The notes below the pieces were generated by a model. That model had not been told where the DNA came from and ran no database searches. It saw only the letters and a list, made by a program, of their open reading frames with translations. Positions 32,763-35,760 of a stretch of 35,760 nucleotides of DNA are shown piece by piece (positions within the stretch are counted from its first letter, which is position 1; every line of letters begins with the position of its first letter). The position numbers and the translations under genes are program-made. Source of the DNA: a virus (lineage: Duplodnaviria; Caudoviricetes); IMG/VR virus record IMGVR_UViG_3300020045_009020, positions 1 through 35,760 of that record, one strand, 5' to 3'.

Positions 32763-33431
32763 ATGAATCCATTAAAAGCAGCTTATCAGGAAATATTAAA
32801 TAAATCGAAGTTGAAAGGCTTGCAAGAGTTTGCGAGTAATCCTGATACACATAAGAACGCTGATGAATTAGTTGGTGATTTAACTATAGGACAGCCATTT
32901 TCGCAAGTACCGGGGCAAGTTGCAACAAGATTTAATGAAGCAAAAGCAATCGTAAAGAATCCCGCCGGAGAATTTAATAAATATAATGAAGCTGAGATGC
33001 GCAAACCGTTAAAGCAACGGATAGAAGAAAACTTAGGAATGGCAGCAGGGATACTTGGCGAAGATTCAAGATTTGGAGAAGCGCTAAGAATTGATAAGCA
33101 AAACTCAAGAATAAAAATATTAAAAAAAGCACAAGAAATGAGTAAACATTTGAACTCAGCAAAAGTATTGCCTAAGACAGCAAATGAGATTGCGCTAAAA
33201 AAGATGATAGAAGAGAGCGGCGGTGTATATGGTGGCGTGATGCACTCGCCGGATTCAAGTATTGTAAATTTTACGGCAAAACGTGGCGAAACTAGCTTTC
33301 CTATGGCTTTGGAAACTAATAATCTAACACCGGAAATAATCAAAGCAAAAATATTAGAAAAATCTAAATTAGATGCCGCTGAGTTAGTAAGAAAAGCTAA
33401 TTTAAGAAATAAAAAAGGGAGTGTGAAATAA
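32763..33431 (+). CDS. Hypothetical head-region protein
   Basis: Start moved to ATG 32763 after a GGGGA RBS. Confidence 0.65.
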   Translation: MNPLKAAYQEILNKSKLKGLQEFASNPDTHKNADELVGDLTIGQPFSQVPGQVATRFNEAKAIVKNPAGEFNKYNEAEMRKPLKQRIEENLGMAAGILGEDSRFGEALRIDKQNSRIKILKKAQEMSKHLNSAKVLPKTANEIALKKMIEESGGVYGGVMHSPDSSIVNFTAKRGETSFPMALETNNLTPEIIKAKILEKSKLDAAELVRKANLRNKKGSVK

Positions 33432-33432
33432 A

Positions 33433-33678
33433 ATGGATGAAGAAATGATGCAGGGTGAGCAGAGTGAGGACGCACAGCTTGATCAGATATTACAGCTTTG
33501 CCAAAGTGGTAATCCGCAGGCACTCGGTGAGATTGCCAGAATTGTTGAAGGTATGAAGGCCGCACAGGCACAGGAAGAGCAGGTACTTGGCGCCGAAGGA
33601 ACGGACGGCGAAGGCGAACAGGCAGCGCCGGAAGGTATGGCTCAGCGCGTAATGAATAGGATCAAAAAAGGTGAGTAA
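33433..33678 (+). CDS. Acidic hypothetical protein
   Basis: AAGGGAG RBS. Confidence 0.65.
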   Translation: MDEEMMQGEQSEDAQLDQILQLCQSGNPQALGEIARIVEGMKAAQAQEEQVLGAEGTDGEGEQAAPEGMAQRVMNRIKKGE

Positions 33679-33696
33679 TAACCTTGAGGAGATTAT

Positions 33697-33864
33697 GTGA
33701 AAGTAGAATACGGAGTCGAGAATGGTGGAACGCCAAATGGTGATAGGGCAAGCTTAGAACGGCTTGCGGCTGAAGTAAACGAAAGAGAACGGCAACGCTA
33801 TTTGTCTATATTGAAACAGAAGCAAGACGCGAAAGACAGAGCAAACAACGCTCAAAACCGCTAA
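33697..33864 (+). CDS. Small hypothetical protein (55 aa, GTG start)
   Basis: GAGGAG RBS; manually translated. Confidence 0.5.
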   Translation: MKVEYGVENGGTPNGDRASLERLAAEVNERERQRYLSILKQKQDAKDRANNAQNR

Positions 33865-33895
33865 ACGAAAGCGGACTAAAACGGAGGCAACACAA

Positions 33896-34828
33896 ATGGA
33901 ATTAGAAACAAGCTCTTTGACAGATAATGTAACACCGGAAACACCAGCAATACCAAACGGACAAGAAGCTACTCCCGAAGCAGCTCCGGCAGACGCAGGA
34001 ACTCCTGCACAACAGCCGACAGCGCAGGAAATAGCAGATTGGACTAAGGATCAACGCTATGAGCGGATGTGGAAAAAAGACCCAAATGCGCTATATAAGA
34101 GTTACCGGGAAGCCGATAAACTTATTGAGGGGCAATATAAGCCTTTAAGAGCGCAAGCGGAAACTTTTACCAAACTTTTCAAGGAATACGGTTACGAAGC
34201 AGACCCTGCGCAGATTAAACAAGCAATGGACGAGCTAAAGACTTGGAAAGACCCGGAAAATCCGACTATTAAGCGTGCTAATTACTTCTCTTACTTCTAT
34301 GATCATCCCGAATATAAGGGTGAAGTAGAAACAATGTTTGAAGGTTTACGGAAACGAGAAATTCGCAAACAATTCGGCGACGGAGTATCTGACGAGATAG
34401 TTAATGAGATTATCGCAAACCGCAAATATAGAGAAGAGCAGGAAGCTAAAGAAAAAGCGAGAATCGAGCAAGAGCAACATTCAAAGCTAGTTGGCACGAT
34501 TGATGAAGGGTGGAAGCGTGTTGAATCCGAAGCGAAAGCTATGGGGTTCCCGGTAACGGAAGAAATAAGACAGCAACTATTAGAAGTATGCGCGAAAGAA
34601 GATGTTGATCCTCGCTTTATGTATTATAAATTTCAAGATATGTTCAAAGACGAGGTTTCGAAATATCGGAGATTGTCAGTACAGAGTGAGCAAAAGAAAC
34701 TAGCAGAGAAAAACAAAAGAGCCGGAATTATACCGGCAAGCTCGACGCCTTCAAGGCCGGTTAGCAAAGCGGCTACAAATCCGAATATGTTAAACAGGGT
34801 CATGGAGAGAATAGGGCTAAAAACTTAA
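33896..34828 (+). CDS. Probable capsid scaffolding protein
   Basis: Acidic Pro-rich N-terminus, helical charged body, directly before the capsid gene. Confidence 0.7.
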   Translation: MELETSSLTDNVTPETPAIPNGQEATPEAAPADAGTPAQQPTAQEIADWTKDQRYERMWKKDPNALYKSYREADKLIEGQYKPLRAQAETFTKLFKEYGYEADPAQIKQAMDELKTWKDPENPTIKRANYFSYFYDHPEYKGEVETMFEGLRKREIRKQFGDGVSDEIVNEIIANRKYREEQEAKEKARIEQEQHSKLVGTIDEGWKRVESEAKAMGFPVTEEIRQQLLEVCAKEDVDPRFMYYKFQDMFKDEVSKYRRLSVQSEQKKLAEKNKRAGIIPASSTPSRPVSKAATNPNMLNRVMERIGLKT

Positions 34829-34843
34829 TACAGGAGAACTTAA

Positions 34844-35760
34844 ATGGGTATCGGACTTACAGAACTACAAGCTGCGGTAACGCAGGAGATATTTCCCGAA
34901 GTAGCTGATGGATTAAAATATTCAACAGCACTTTGGAATCACCTTTCAACGAAAGGTAAAAAGAAACAGGACGGTGGATTAAATCTTCAATTTCCGTTGA
35001 AGGCACTTGTTAATGCGTCACAGGCCGCAATAGCCGGAGATAGCGGACTCACAGACAATAACCCTTCTCAGCAGATGATTTACGGTTTGCTTTACTGGAA
35101 GTATAACTATTTCGCAGTAAATCTTACCTTGCAGGATATGAACGTTGCTTCTGGCGACAATCAGAAAGTAGAGTTTGCAGTTGAAAAAGCACAAGGCGCA
35201 AAAGCTGATTTTATGAGATCGCTTTCTGTTCAGTCTTGGGGTACTTCTGCTAGTAATTCACTTCTGCTTGACGGTATGCAGGATATTCTTGCGGCAAGCG
35301 GTACTTCGTATGCTGGTATTCTTAATACCACGTACGACCCGACTGTTTATGACGCAACAAATATTAAGAACGTATATTCACCGCTTGTTTATACCGACAC
35401 AACTGTTTCACCGAAAACACTCGCTAAACTTACTTCCGGCGTAATGGCAAGGATGCAGGCTGGCGCGGATATGAATGAAACAATTATGGGATATTGCAAT
35501 ACTTCCCTGTTTGCTTCTATTCTTACGCTTGCTCAGGCTTCTCAGTTTATTATGGGAAATGTTGAGAAAGCTAATCTCGGATTCAAGGGCTTCAAGCTCA
35601 ATGGCGTATGCGATGTTTACCTTGATGTCAATTGCCCGGGCTCTGGATATGGCACAGCTGATAACTGGCTTGTTATGTTCCCTGAATCAGCATTGAAATT
35701 CTATTACAACTACGGCCTTGGCGACGCTTCGCCGATTGATGGTAAGATGGATATACCTGC
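34844..35760 (+). CDS. Major capsid protein, 3' truncated (missing from the ORF track)
   Basis: AGGAG RBS; MGIGLTELQAAVTQEIFPEVADGLKYSTALWNHL...DGGLNLQFPL...LDGMQDI...YAGI; follows the scaffold gene and appears to run off the window end. Confidence 0.8.
   Translation, partial: MGIGLTELQAAVTQEIFPEVADGLKYSTALWNHLSTKGKKKQDGGLNLQFPLKALVNASQAAIAGDSGLTDNNPSQQMIYGLLYWKYNYFAVNLTLQDMNVASGDNQKVEFAVEKAQGAKADFMRSLSVQSWGTSASNSLLLDGMQDILAASGTSYAGILNTTYDPTVYDATNIKNVYSPLVYTDTTVSPKTLAKLTSGVMARMQAGADMNETIMGYCNTSLFASILTLAQASQFIMGNVEKANLGFKGFKLNGVCDVYLDVNCPGSGYGTADNWLVMFPESALKFYYNYGLGDASPIDGKMDIP

Noticed and set aside
32786-33571. Long minus-strand ORFs (261 aa here, also 16689-17051, 18160-18630, 1391-1867 and others)
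   Set aside because: Antisense shadows of well-supported plus-strand genes, with no motifs or RBS support.
35475-35696. 73-aa ORF in the track
   Set aside because: Out of frame inside the major capsid gene.
1-35760. Stop-codon reassignment (alternative genetic code)
   Set aside because: Core genes are intact under code 11, and TAA, TGA and TAG all end genes at tight junctions.
1-35760. Host assignment and lifestyle (integrated prophage)
   Set aside because: No integrase, att site or host genes are in view. The peptidase endolysin, sigma70 promoters and DnaA boxes support only a bacterial host.

Overview
The window is most of a tailed dsDNA bacteriophage genome with a podovirus-like, P22-type layout, and all credible genes are on the + strand. 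It opens inside a tail-hub/DNA-stabilisation gene. Then come a GNAT gene, three probable ejection proteins, tail fibre/tailspike genes and a lysis module with an M15-type peptidase endolysin. A dense accessory region of micro-ORFs follows, including a pentapeptide-repeat gene and a tRNA-like element. The replication module has a SNF2 helicase, C5 and N6 methyltransferases, VRR-NUC, HNH, an SSB-like gene, a D5/SF3 helicase, an iteron plus DnaA-box origin and a CHC2 zinc-finger protein. The window closes with TerS, TerL, portal, scaffold and a major capsid gene that runs off the right edge. No integrase, repressor, DNA polymerase or reverse transcriptase is visible. The most striking unannotated signal is a recurring cis-regulatory architecture found four times: a sigma70 promoter, a small hairpin, then a terminator-like hairpin whose loop is the exact reverse complement of the first loop (a different loop pair at each site). 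Each is overlaid by a 34-50 codon leader ORF ending at the next gene's start or RBS. Also notable are signal-peptide-bearing tail/tailspike proteins, a tRNA-like RNA with a 53-nt anticodon region, RBS-anchored direct repeats bounding micro-gene cassettes, and a Cys4 micro-protein next to an AGAGCC repeat and terminator. All calls come from manual reading; no database searches or folding programs were run.
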